From: Patescibacteria group bacterium UBA3531
GTDB taxonomy: Bacteria > Patescibacteriota > Minisyncoccia > Phycocordibacterales > UBA3531
Reading direction: 5' to 3'
Length of the DNA stretch: 54,102 bases
Assembly (NCBI GenBank): GCA_002376885.1
Contig: DFOW01000002.1
Coordinates: 1-54,102, forward strand
Under the pieces are notes generated by a model. That model had not been told where the DNA came from, ran no database searches, and worked only from the letters and a program-made list of their open reading frames with translations. A program made the position numbers and the translations under genes. Position 1 is the first letter of the stretch; every line of letters starts with the position of its first letter. Shown here piece after piece: positions 1 through 9,807 of the stretch.

Positions 1-1583
1 TCAAAACTTCTTCCAAGATTGTTAGCATCTACTCCTTCTGCAATCTTATTAAAATAAGAATCATAAGCTTGGTATCCAAATTCTCTACCATAATACGGCA
101 CACGAGAGTTTCCGTCTTGCCAGGCACCAATTGAGCGATCGACGTCTACAATTTGATATGAGTATCCTTCATACAAAAGACTATTGGCAGTAAATTGTCG
201 GTATCCAAAAAAGTACACCGACACAATGGCAAGAAGCGCGAGGAGAAAAAGAATAATTTGCACCACACCACCCTTGGTATACTCCATAGCCTCATCTTCA
301 TCCTCATAAAACCGGGCCGTTTGCCATGCCAAAAATCCGTAAAACATAACAAGTGAACTTATTGAATCAAAGACAAAAAAATTCTGCCCCATGTAGGCAA
401 GAGCCGCGAATCCAAATATAAAGAATGCTCGCTTGTCGTTATCCCGTCGTTTCCATAAGTAATACAAAAGACTCACGAGCATACCTGCATACAAGAGGAA
501 TCCAACAATGCCCCCTTCAAGCAATCTGTCTAAATACACATTGTGTGAGCGATCAAACCATTCTTCAGGGACCACTGATGGGTCGTAGTGTTTATTGTAA
601 AGATACTCAAATGTTTCTGTTCCATGCCCTAAGATTGGTCGTTTAAGGACTTCAGGCAAGGTTTCCTTCCATACAAATAAACGGCTAATGGTTGTTTCAT
701 CTGATAAGGAAATATGTGCAAGACGTGAAATTATTCCAATACTACTAGCCTTTAGCTCGTCTTTAAAGAACACACCACCCATACCAAGAAGGACAAGTCC
801 AATCAAAATAATACCCGCATATTTCCGAGCCTTTTTTGAATCAAAGTATCGTGTTCCAAAAGTAAGGAGAATAAGTAGTGCTCCAAGCGCTCCGAGTGCC
901 GCACCCCGAGTTTCAGAAATTAAAATAGTAAGGAAGGAAAGAAGAGCGCCTGCCCCGAAAATATAATAGTAGTTTTTCTTCCCTTCATCTTTATAGCCAA
1001 GCGCCAAATAAAGCGTTATAGGTGCCGTAAATAAAAGATACGCCGATAAAAATGCAGGGTTGTTAATGAGTCCTCCTGCACGGCCAGATCCTGATTGAGG
1101 AACAAGCTTAAGGGCTCCCATATATTCAAGCAGCGCAGAGAGTGCCACAACAATAGACACACCGCTAATAATTTTAATAAGGGTGTTCCATTCGTCCCTT
1201 TTGAATACCAAAATCAAAAGGTAAAAATAGATAACTAAATGTGTGAGTGTTAAAAGTCCTTCTGATCGAGAATACTCTGACCAAAGACTTTTTGTAAAAT
1301 CGAGTCCAAAAAAAGAAGAAACAAAACTTACCACCAAAAAGAGTCCTGGTAACCATACCAATTTCTTTTTAAGGATCCCTGTATTGATTGAGAGTTTCCC
1401 GGTTGCAAAAAGATATAAAAAGAGTGCGGTTGCAAGTGCTACAAGCGTTCTAAAAAAAACTGCTTTGGGAACAATAAAGGGATAGAAGAAATCATTCCAA
1501 AAAACAAGCGGAGTAAGCGCCGTTCCATACAAAAACCATAAAAGAGCCTTGTTCCATGTGCTTTCTTTTTTAAAGAGTGACAT
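1..1583 (-). CDS. O-antigen ligase (Wzy_C)-like membrane protein, runs off the window edge
   Basis: Not in the ORF track. Manual translation from ATG 1583 (overlaps the upstream stop, TAATG): MSLFKKESTWNKALLWFLYG...FFYPFIVPKAVFFR...GRAGGLINNPAFLSAYLLF...SRLFVWK...RPILGHGTETF...WFDRSHNVYLD, typical of the WaaL/Wzy_C-like family. Confidence 0.8.
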   Translation of the reverse strand, partial: MSLFKKESTWNKALLWFLYGTALTPLVFWNDFFYPFIVPKAVFFRTLVALATALFLYLFATGKLSINTGILKKKLVWLPGLFLVVSFVSSFFGLDFTKSLWSEYSRSEGLLTLTHLVIYFYLLILVFKRDEWNTLIKIISGVSIVVALSALLEYMGALKLVPQSGSGRAGGLINNPAFLSAYLLFTAPITLYLALGYKDEGKKNYYYIFGAGALLSFLTILISETRGAALGALGALLILLTFGTRYFDSKKARKYAGIILIGLVLLGMGGVFFKDELKASSIGIISRLAHISLSDETTISRLFVWKETLPEVLKRPILGHGTETFEYLYNKHYDPSVVPEEWFDRSHNVYLDRLLEGGIVGFLLYAGMLVSLLYYLWKRRDNDKRAFFIFGFAALAYMGQNFFVFDSISSLVMFYGFLAWQTARFYEDEDEAMEYTKGGVVQIILFLLALLAIVSVYFFGYRQFTANSLLYEGYSYQIVDVDRSIGAWQDGNSRVPYYGREFGYQAYDSYFNKIAEGVDANNLGRSF

Positions 1584-2266
1584 TATCTAAGTGAATTAAT
1601 TCGAGCCTCGATTTGTTCTCTATTGTTTGGATTTTGCAAAAGAAGCATCTCCCAGGCCTCGATTGCTTCTTGATTTCTGTCTTTGTCCCCAAGCCAAATA
1701 GCGTATTCGCGCAAAATATTTGTGCTATTTCCAGTCCGTGCAAGTCCCTCCTCAAAAGCTGCCTCAACATCCTCATCAGGGATACCGGGGGTAAACCTTA
1801 AAAAATCAATCAACTGAAGTTGAAACTGGGAAAACTGAGGCTCTTTGCTTACTCCCGTCTCATACGCCAATCGCGCACTTTGTGTCGCCCCAACTTCATT
1901 CAAAAGAGCACCCATACTAAGGTAAGCAATTGCCTTGTCCGAAGAAACAAGAAGGGCCTCATTGAGTGCCTCAAATGATTTTTCTCCATCACCTAGATAT
2001 CTATAATTTTGAGAAAGTTCAATCCAAACATTATAGAGCTCCTCTGGGTCTTGTGTTTGGGAAGCTTTATTTTCAAGATCGGAAATCTTTTCTTTTAGCT
2101 CCTCTTCTGAGATACCACCCAACTTTTGGGTCTCCCATGAAGCAATATCATCCTCTGAGAGCACCTTAAAAACTTGATTGTTTTTATTGCTTATAGAATA
2201 CCAAATACCCAATCCAAGGATAAGGATGAGAAAGGCAATACCAAAATTTTTTTGTGACTGCTCCAT
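1583..2266 (-). CDS. Membrane-anchored TPR-repeat protein
   Basis: N-terminal TM helix after MEQSQKNF, then helical TPR-like repeats (AYLSMGALL..., YAIWLGDKDRNQEAIEAWE). Start moved to ATG 2266 because the longer ORF runs through a terminator. Confidence 0.7.
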   Translation of the reverse strand: MEQSQKNFGIAFLILILGLGIWYSISNKNNQVFKVLSEDDIASWETQKLGGISEEELKEKISDLENKASQTQDPEELYNVWIELSQNYRYLGDGEKSFEALNEALLVSSDKAIAYLSMGALLNEVGATQSARLAYETGVSKEPQFSQFQLQLIDFLRFTPGIPDEDVEAAFEEGLARTGNSTNILREYAIWLGDKDRNQEAIEAWEMLLLQNPNNREQIEARINSLR

Positions 2267-2302
2267 ATATGTTTCTGTATCGTAGCAAAAAAAGAACCAA
2301 AA

Positions 2303-2336
2303 CAAAACCACCCACCTAAGTAGGTGGGCGGTTTTG
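2303..2336 (-). terminator. Intrinsic terminator after the S-layer-like gene
   Basis: CAAAACC-A-CCCACCTA / TAGGTGGG-C-GGTTTTG hairpin with T-rich tail on the minus strand. Confidence 0.75.
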
Positions 2337-2376
2337 CGTGGTCCTATTTCAGACTACAAGAAGGTTAATTCGTGGC

Positions 2377-5300
2377 TTACGTTGAGAAGCTTTGAACGTC
2401 ACTTCCGAAGTCATCAATGAGGAACCCATTGGTCCAGTCAGCAGTGATAGTCGTGTGACTTGTTGCTGATCGATCTGACCAAATCAATTCGGCTGATGAG
2501 GTCAAGCTTGCTGAAGATACAGGCGCTTGAGCACTTGAGTCTTCTGCGAAGGTGATAGTTACACTATCGCCATCATCACCCCATCCAGTAACTGTTCCAA
2601 AGAGTTGGAAAGTCTTGCTTGATCCGGCTGAAACTGCAATAACGTCATCGTCATTGTTTGTTCCAGCAAAGATTTCAACGTCATTTCCACTGTCAGATTC
2701 TGGATCGGTATCGTTAATATCAGTAGATGATCCTTTTTCTCGCAAGTAGAAGTCGGTGATAGTTACACCACTTGTAATTACGTCAAAGGTAATCTTCTTA
2801 ATATCAACTCGTCCTTGTGCGTCAGCTGACACCGTGAATTCATACAATGCGTTACCGCTTGTTGGGTTTCCACTTAAGTCAACTTGAGCAAAGGTAGGAA
2901 TGGTCTTCCTGACGTAGAAGGTTCCGTCAGAACTTACGTCTGCTGAACCAACTGATGTTGATTGAGTTCCTGCCGCATCAACCGCCTTGAATCCATTGTT
3001 ATAGTCCAAAGTTACGTTAATGGTTGCTCCACTTGCACCGTTTACATCAGTGTCAACGGTATCAACAAGAACTTCTACAGCCATGGTTTCATCAGCCTCA
3101 ATGAATCCATTAAGGTTAGTAAAGGTTGCCGTAGCATTTCCTTGGGTTGAACTTGTTGTAAGTACTTGTCCAGGACTTGTTACTGTATTTCCAGCTTCAT
3201 TCTTGTATCGGAGCTTAACAGCTGATACTGATGAAGCAGCGTTGTTAGAGATCTTAACAATCATTTCTTCAAGGTCGAAGTCACTGTTTGTAGCAGTAAA
3301 TTCAAATTCTCCAACTTTTACATTGTTAATTCCTCCAACAATGTTTTCACTGTTAGGATCTCCTGCTCCCTTCGCTACTGCAAGACTTCCTGAACCAATG
3401 GTAATGGTTTGCAAGACAACGTTTGAAGTTACCGACACTACTGTTCCTGTGTCTTGTCCGTTTCCGGTCAATTCACTGAACTCTGCAATCCATGGACCAT
3501 TGTCTGCGTCACTCCTTACATCTGCATACACGTCAATAACTTTAGTTCCAGATTGTGGAATTGAGAAATTAACTGAGAATGAGTTAGATGTTGAAGGTGA
3601 GCCCTTGGTTTGACCAAGTTGGTTTCCATCGCTTGAAAGTTTCAAGTTGGTAATAGATGCCGCCTCAGCGCTTGAAAGTTCAATCGCCAATGTATTGACA
3701 TCCAATCCATCGGTTGAGCCAGCAGAGATAACAAACGATCCAACCCTTAGGTTATTAGTTCCTGCGGGTCGTGTTTGGTTACCGTAACCAGTTGATTTGG
3801 TTACTGTTGCTGTTGCTGATTTCACTGTAACAGTGTTTCCAGCGATAGTAAGATCAGCTGTAGGAACGTTTGAGGTCTGTAGAGAGCTCATTCCTTGCGC
3901 GTTTGATGAACCTACTCCAAGTCTAACTTGGATAGTTCCGTTTGCAAGAAGGTTTGTTCCTGTTGTGGTCTTAGTGTCTGCGTAAATTTCAACCTTTGCA
4001 GTCTCACCTGGGTTAATAACGAAGCTTGATCCGAAGGTGAAGTTAACGTCGGTTGCTTCAGTAAGATCCTTAGTTGATCCTACTTGGCTTCCGTTAACAA
4101 ATACCTTACCGTTATCAAGTCCTCCTTCTCCTGCGCTTGCAGTGTTTACATTAACATCCAAGTTTTCAATCTTCATTCGTTCACCCGAAGCTCGGAAATC
4201 AAAGGTTGCAAGCTTTACATTAGTTGCACCAGTTGAAACGTCATCGCTTGGTGAGTTGGTTGCCTTTGAAGTGGTGACTGATCCACCAGTTGAACTTCCG
4301 ATGGTTTGTGTTCCACCACTAGTTGCTGAGAAGGATGAACCTCCCACTGTTGGAATAATAGTTGCATTAAGTTCCGCATCTTCAAAGATTGCGTCACCAG
4401 TAGTTCGGATTTCGAAGTCGTAGGTTCGTGAAGCTCCCCCAACAATGTCTCCCTCAAGTCGGATAATGTGATTACCCGTGTCGAGATAAACTGGATTGTT
4501 TGAGAAGTCAAATCGAACGTATCGATCTGCGTCCATGTTTGCTTTACTTGCAACAAGGTCTCCGTCTACATAAAGATCGAAGTTGATAAGGTCATTGCTT
4601 TGAGTTGAACCGGTATTTCGGAACGTCATTGCCTTTAGGTTAACTTCGTTTGAGCTAACACTAACAGTGTTTTGGAATAGTCGAACGTCATTGTTTGGTT
4701 CAACACCAGTGTCGGTATTTGGTAGGGTTGTTGAATTAAAGTCAACAGTTGCCAAGGTACCTGCTGCTACTGATTGTGCAGCGCCGAGAATTGGAAGTGC
4801 ACCTGCTACAGGAACATTCGCTTCAACTGACTGAAGAGAAACTCCCATCACCTTTCCAGTTGCTCCTGACCCAATATCGCTTCGTACGTTAATGGTTCGT
4901 GAAGCTCCTGGTGCAACGCTGAACAATCCAGCGCTGTCATTGAAGGTAATAGTTCCATCGGTAACAGACGCTGCATCAGTCAATCGTACTCCTCCTTCGT
5001 AGAGGTATACGTTTGAATAGTCAGTATCGTTAGAGATGTATTCTGTATCCAATGTAACTTTGGTTACATTAGCACTTGTGTTTGCTCCGTTTACCATCAA
5101 GAAGTCAGCAAGTCGTGCCACTCCCTGTCCGGTAATAACCACACCTTGTGCAGGTGAGGTTGCTGCAAGAGAAGCGGTAAGGCTTCCACTTACAGGAACG
5201 GTTGTTCCACCACCATTGTTTCCATTGTTTCCTGGTCCTGATCCACTTCCGCTGGTATCACACTGTGTGTTGTATTCAGCTTGTGAAAGAGGTCCGAAGT

Positions 5301-5745
5301 ATCCAACAGCTGGAGAAACTCCGCTAGAAGCTTGCCATGAAGCAACTGCATCTCGAGTGATTGATCCGAAGAATCCGGTTGAACCACCTGAGTAATTGAA
5401 GTCACCTGTCGCGGTCAAGAAATCTTGAAGCGCAACAACGTCAGCTCCTGTTTTTGGACTCATGTTAATGTGCAAACTTCGTGTGAAGTTGTAACATGCA
5501 ATTCCTGAAGAACCAGATCCACTTCCGGTTCCTGATGTAGGTTGCCCATTAAGCGCCGCATTAACATTGTTAATGGTTGCTTGGTCTGCACCAAAACTGG
5601 TCAAGAGATCTAAGATCGCTTGGATTTGGGTGCTGTTTAGTTGTCCGTTTGCAGGAAGTACTGCTGTACCACCAATCATTACGAACGCTGTTACTAAACC
5701 AATGAAGGCAACTACAGATCGTCCTAGTAAACTAGTTGTAGTCAT
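2377..5745 (-). CDS. Large secreted S-layer-like protein with N-terminal peptidoglycan-binding domain and beta-rich repeats
   Basis: Signal peptide MTTTSLLGRSVVAF..., PG-binding-like segment (FTRSLH..G.DVVALQDFL...TGFFGSITRDAVASWQ...GYFGPLS), S/T/G/N-rich beta-sandwich body. Likely start ATG 5745. Confidence 0.75.
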   Translation of the reverse strand: MTTTSLLGRSVVAFIGLVTAFVMIGGTAVLPANGQLNSTQIQAILDLLTSFGADQATINNVNAALNGQPTSGTGSGSGSSGIACYNFTRSLHINMSPKTGADVVALQDFLTATGDFNYSGGSTGFFGSITRDAVASWQASSGVSPAVGYFGPLSQAEYNTQCDTSGSGSGPGNNGNNGGGTTVPVSGSLTASLAATSPAQGVVITGQGVARLADFLMVNGANTSANVTKVTLDTEYISNDTDYSNVYLYEGGVRLTDAASVTDGTITFNDSAGLFSVAPGASRTINVRSDIGSGATGKVMGVSLQSVEANVPVAGALPILGAAQSVAAGTLATVDFNSTTLPNTDTGVEPNNDVRLFQNTVSVSSNEVNLKAMTFRNTGSTQSNDLINFDLYVDGDLVASKANMDADRYVRFDFSNNPVYLDTGNHIIRLEGDIVGGASRTYDFEIRTTGDAIFEDAELNATIIPTVGGSSFSATSGGTQTIGSSTGGSVTTSKATNSPSDDVSTGATNVKLATFDFRASGERMKIENLDVNVNTASAGEGGLDNGKVFVNGSQVGSTKDLTEATDVNFTFGSSFVINPGETAKVEIYADTKTTTGTNLLANGTIQVRLGVGSSNAQGMSSLQTSNVPTADLTIAGNTVTVKSATATVTKSTGYGNQTRPAGTNNLRVGSFVISAGSTDGLDVNTLAIELSSAEAASITNLKLSSDGNQLGQTKGSPSTSNSFSVNFSIPQSGTKVIDVYADVRSDADNGPWIAEFSELTGNGQDTGTVVSVTSNVVLQTITIGSGSLAVAKGAGDPNSENIVGGINNVKVGEFEFTATNSDFDLEEMIVKISNNAASSVSAVKLRYKNEAGNTVTSPGQVLTTSSTQGNATATFTNLNGFIEADETMAVEVLVDTVDTDVNGASGATINVTLDYNNGFKAVDAAGTQSTSVGSADVSSDGTFYVRKTIPTFAQVDLSGNPTSGNALYEFTVSADAQGRVDIKKITFDVITSGVTITDFYLREKGSSTDINDTDPESDSGNDVEIFAGTNNDDDVIAVSAGSSKTFQLFGTVTGWGDDGDSVTITFAEDSSAQAPVSSASLTSSAELIWSDRSATSHTTITADWTNGFLIDDFGSDVQSFST

Positions 5746-6055
5746 ATATTGATTTACTTTTTTTAATGCAATTTTATGTTTATGTCTCTTAAGATGTCTC
5801 TTAAGAAACGAATAGCGTAAACAATCATTTGGTTTGCCTCGACCGCCAAACACCGCTTACGCATCTTAACCAAACTCCCAGGCGCCGCTACCATGGTCAC
5901 CCGTTGGCACAAGGAAGGTTAAGAACAAATTAATAATGTACGTAGACTTTAGTTATCCATTTCTTCTCTTCAATGAATATTTAGTTGTCAACGTACGGGT
6001 TGCCTATTCCGTTACTGAAAAAAACACAGACAATTCTGCTCATTCCTCTCGGTTA

Positions 6056-6084
6056 AGTATAGTACCTGAAAAAGGTGTGAGCAA
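6056..6084 (-). promoter_or_regulatory. Sigma70 promoter for the S-layer-like gene
   Basis: TTGCTC-N17-TATACT on the minus strand; a perfect DnaA box (TTATCCACA, 6092-6100) lies just upstream. Confidence 0.5.
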
Positions 6085-6298
6085 AACAAAGTGTGGATAA
6101 CAAAAACCCTTAGTATTAAACGATATTTTAGGGTTCTCCAAGAAGTGATTTTTATCCCTTCTTGACACTCTTTTTTGCCAAAAACAACCGAGTTTTAGAG
6201 CCTGTACATACTATAGTTTATAGCGAAATTGTCAATAACCTCGGGCTTTTTTCTGTTTTTAGAGATTTTTTAGGAGCGAACCTTAAGGCTCCCAAAGG

Positions 6299-7141
6299 CT
6301 ATAGATAGTACCTACTCCAGCGTCTCTCTCCCTTCTTTTTAAGGACGCCCTTGTCCACCATATCAATAAGCTCTCGTTGAATGGTCTTTTCGCTATAGTT
6401 TTTCTTAAGTTCTGGGAGCTCAAAAATGTCTTTTATGCTCACTTCCTCATGCTTATTTTTGATAAAAGACAAAATAAGATCACGTCGTTTTTCTTTATCT
6501 TTACTGTTGCGTGGTTTGTGAGCTGAAGCGCTTCGCGCCTTGATAGCGGGCCTTACCGTTTGAGAAATACCTGTCATTGTCCTTGATGGAGTAAGGTGTC
6601 CTACTTTAAAAATCGTATTTGGTTCGGAGAGTGAATCAAGCGTAACTTCATTGTCCTTTATGTCCTTTATAAATGTCCTTTTGATTCCCTCTTGCGTATG
6701 AGATTCATCTTTTTGTTCAATCTCATCTTTAGTGACTGAAAGCGCTGGGCTTACCTCTCGCTCTCCCTTATAGCTTGTGATTGAAGAGCTAAGAGAGTCA
6801 TATTCGTCCTTTAGGACACGGAAGTTCATTTGCGATACAAAACTCCCCATATAGGACACTTCTAACAGTGAGACGATTCGAGAGGTGTTATGGAGGATAA
6901 TGGACAAGTCATGATGAGTGGTATCTCGTCTATTATCTATAAAAGACATAGATGATGAGAGGAGCTCGAGACCTTCGTTTCTCATCTTCCATTTAAGTGG
7001 TTCCTCATCAGGCATGTGCTCGGTTACCTTGTAGAGAGCTGAAGTGAGCTTCTCTACTTTTTTAAGGAAAAAGAGCTCTTTTTGAATGTCTCTTATATTG
7101 TCTTTTAGATGTTGAGACGCCTGTGTGAGTTTTGTGTCCAT
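6299..7141 (-). CDS. Putative DNA-binding protein: N-terminal helical bundle, disordered linker, C-terminal DeoR-like winged HTH
   Basis: C-terminus RRDLILSFIK...VSIKDI...SEKTIQRELIDMVDKGVLKKKGERRWSRYYL is a wHTH; N-terminus KVEKLTSALYKVTEHMPDEEPLKWKMR. Confidence 0.65.
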   Translation of the reverse strand: MDTKLTQASQHLKDNIRDIQKELFFLKKVEKLTSALYKVTEHMPDEEPLKWKMRNEGLELLSSSMSFIDNRRDTTHHDLSIILHNTSRIVSLLEVSYMGSFVSQMNFRVLKDEYDSLSSSITSYKGEREVSPALSVTKDEIEQKDESHTQEGIKRTFIKDIKDNEVTLDSLSEPNTIFKVGHLTPSRTMTGISQTVRPAIKARSASAHKPRNSKDKEKRRDLILSFIKNKHEEVSIKDIFELPELKKNYSEKTIQRELIDMVDKGVLKKKGERRWSRYYL

Positions 7142-7407
7142 AAGATTATGACCTTTATTTCGTTAGTATATATAGGTCATATAAAAAGGCAAGTATGTCT
7201 TTTTTGGCGCTCTTGAGCTTTTACAAGCATCTTCTGGAGAACCTTTTGTAAATTTCTAGATAGGGTTTGCATTAAGTTTTTATCTATAAAAAGCACTTTA
7301 TGCTCCTAACTAATCCACATAATTTGTACTGCTTCCTTTGTGATAAAATTTAGGGAATCAAGGAATTGTATTTATCTTGTAAATAGACAATGACTTTGAT
7401 TACCTTA

Positions 7408-7560
7408 ACCCCGCCCTAAATTTGCTTTGAAAATACACGCGAAGCGCGAGAGGCGAATAGCCTCATCCAAACAGGGGCGCAGCGCTTCGCCCAAAACAGA
7501 ATCTGCCTATTCGGCAGGCGCACTGCGCAAAATTGTTTTTAGGCAAACTTAGGGCGGGGT
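7408..7560. repeat. ~153-bp element bounded by 18-bp inverted repeats (MITE/REP-like)
   Basis: ACCCCGCCCTAAATTTGC ... GCAAACTTAGGGCGGGGT (17/18 match) with internal GC-rich hairpins. Confidence 0.65.
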
Positions 7561-7604
7561 GCTCGATTTATAAATTATTCACTGCGTTCATAAATAAAAT
7601 CGGC

Positions 7605-9806
7605 ATGGGAAGAAAAAAGAAACGATCAATCAGACTAAACCCCTTTGCAGGCATCTCTCTTGGACTTGAGGAAGAAACAAAGCACGGAGTACTTGCAGTG
7701 CTTTTTTTTGTTATAGCTCTTTTTTTGGCGCTCTCTGCATTTGGCTATGCCGGTGTTGCAGGTGACGGAACGTATTCATTCTTAAAAAGAGTTTTTGGGG
7801 CGGGATACTTTCTTCTCCCTCTTTCTCTCTTTTTTGTTTCGGTTTCATTCTTTAGAAGCGAACGACCAAATATTGTCTCAATTAATTTAATCGGAGGTAC
7901 CTTCTTTTTACTTGCAGGGCTTGGTCTTATTGAAATGGGACTCGAAGGACAAGGTGGCGCGCTTGGAAACTTGGCGGCCTACCCGATGCTTAGATTTTTT
8001 GGACCCATTGCAGGGCCGCTTTTTTTAGTGGGTATCGCCCTTATTGCTATCCTTATTATTTTTAATACAAAGTTCCCAACATTTGGTCTTGGCAAAAAAA
8101 CAGACGAAGAAGAGGAAGAAGAGGAAGACGTGAATCTTACCGAAGAACCCGAAGAAGAATACGAGGATGAGGAGTATGAAGAAGAGGAAGAAGAATACGA
8201 GGATGAGGACGAAGACGATGGAGAACCTGAAGAAGAAAAGAAGGGAGTGTTTGGCAAACTCTTTAATAAAGGAGATGACGAGGCCGACATTGCCCCACAA
8301 TACGCAAGACACGGAGAATACACTCCTCCCCCACTTTCTCTCCTTGAGCGAGATAAAGGAAAGCCAGACCACGGCGACATAAAAGCAAACGCAAACATTA
8401 TTAAACGAACCCTTCTTACCTTTGGTATTGAAGTAGAGATCGACGAAGTATCGGTAGGACCATCGTTTACCCGATACGCCATTAAGCCTGCAGAAGGAGT
8501 GAGACTCTCCCGAATTGTGGCGCTTCAAAATGATTTGGCACTTGCGCTTGCAGCACACCCAGTACGAATCGAAGCACCAATCCCTGGAAAAAGCTTGGTA
8601 GGAATCGAAATCCCGAACACTAAAAAATCTACTATTGGACTTGCCTCTCTTATTTCTGGACGTGACTTTAAAGAATCAGCGGCACCGTTGTATGTTGCCC
8701 TTGGTAAAAACGTTACCGGAGCACCAAGCTTCTCTAACGTTGCCCGGGCACCGCACATGCTGATTGCAGGTTCTACTGGATCTGGTAAGTCAGTTACCAT
8801 CCACTCTTTGGTTACTTCCCTCCTCTACCGGAATGGCCCGGAACACTTGCGATTCATTATGATTGACCCTAAGCGTGTAGAACTCACCCTTTATAAAGAT
8901 ATTCCTCATCTTCTTACTCCTGTCATCACCAATCCAAAGAAGGCTATTTTGGCACTTAAATGGGCCATTAAAGAAATGGAACGGCGTTACAGCATTCTTG
9001 AAACCGAACAAGTTCGGGACATTGCCACCTATCACAGCCAGGTTCTTGACCCAGCGCTTGAGAAAGAAGAAGACGATGAGAATCTCCCCGAACCAATGCC
9101 TTACATTGTGGTCATTATCGATGAGCTTGCCGACATTATGTCGTCGTATCCAAAAGAACTCGAGAGCGCGATTGTGCGTCTTGCGCAAATGTCCCGAGCG
9201 GTAGGAATCCACTTAATCCTTTCCACACAGCGCCCTTCTGTAAATGTGGTTACCGGACTTATTAAAGCAAACGTTCCATCACGAATCGCCCTTCAGGTTT
9301 CAAGTCAAGTTGATTCAAAAACGATTCTGGATTCTGCAGGTGCAGAAAAACTTTTAGGTGCAGGAGACATGCTCTACCAGTCAGGAGAAATGTCTAAGCC
9401 GGTACGGCTCCAAAGTGCTTTTATTAGTGAGGCCGAAGTAAAAAAAGTTGCTAAGTACTTAAAGAAAGAATACGCCGATGAACTTATGGATGAACTTGAT
9501 CTTGAAGGAGTAGAGAACGGTAATCGTTTGGTAAGTGTTGATCTTGATAACGAAGACTTAGAGGACGAGCCCGAAGACGATCTATACGAAGATGCACGTG
9601 ACTTGGTAATTAATACCGGAAAAGCATCAACATCATACTTGCAACGAAAGTTAGGAGTTGGCTATGCGCGCGCTGCACGATTGATCGACATGCTTGAGGA
9701 GCGCGGTGTAGTTGGCCCGGGACAAGGATCAAAACCACGAGAAGTCTACGAATCCCCTATCGACGAACCTGAAGAAGAAGGCGAAGAAAATAATCCAAAC
9801 CTCTAA
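7605..9806 (+). CDS. ftsK: DNA translocase FtsK/SpoIIIE
   Basis: 4TM N-terminus, acidic linker, PHMLIAGSTGSGKS Walker A, IIDELAD, TQRPS, gamma domain (STSYLQRKLGVGYARAARLID). Likely start ATG 7605. Confidence 0.97.
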   Translation: MGRKKKRSIRLNPFAGISLGLEEETKHGVLAVLFFVIALFLALSAFGYAGVAGDGTYSFLKRVFGAGYFLLPLSLFFVSVSFFRSERPNIVSINLIGGTFFLLAGLGLIEMGLEGQGGALGNLAAYPMLRFFGPIAGPLFLVGIALIAILIIFNTKFPTFGLGKKTDEEEEEEEDVNLTEEPEEEYEDEEYEEEEEEYEDEDEDDGEPEEEKKGVFGKLFNKGDDEADIAPQYARHGEYTPPPLSLLERDKGKPDHGDIKANANIIKRTLLTFGIEVEIDEVSVGPSFTRYAIKPAEGVRLSRIVALQNDLALALAAHPVRIEAPIPGKSLVGIEIPNTKKSTIGLASLISGRDFKESAAPLYVALGKNVTGAPSFSNVARAPHMLIAGSTGSGKSVTIHSLVTSLLYRNGPEHLRFIMIDPKRVELTLYKDIPHLLTPVITNPKKAILALKWAIKEMERRYSILETEQVRDIATYHSQVLDPALEKEEDDENLPEPMPYIVVIIDELADIMSSYPKELESAIVRLAQMSRAVGIHLILSTQRPSVNVVTGLIKANVPSRIALQVSSQVDSKTILDSAGAEKLLGAGDMLYQSGEMSKPVRLQSAFISEAEVKKVAKYLKKEYADELMDELDLEGVENGNRLVSVDLDNEDLEDEPEDDLYEDARDLVINTGKASTSYLQRKLGVGYARAARLIDMLEERGVVGPGQGSKPREVYESPIDEPEEEGEENNPNL

Positions 9807-9807
9807 C

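Noticed and set aside
6299-7141. Diversity-generating retroelement, prompted by the Avd-like N-terminus
   Set aside because: No reverse transcriptase and no template/variable repeat pair seen in the window
5950-7330. Replication origin suggested by a DnaA box and a local strand switch
   Set aside because: Only one perfect DnaA box, no dnaA/dnaN nearby, and gene orientation reverts within a few kb
8100-8240. GAA-rich repeat in ftsK
   Set aside because: Encodes an ordinary acidic linker; not a DNA-level array
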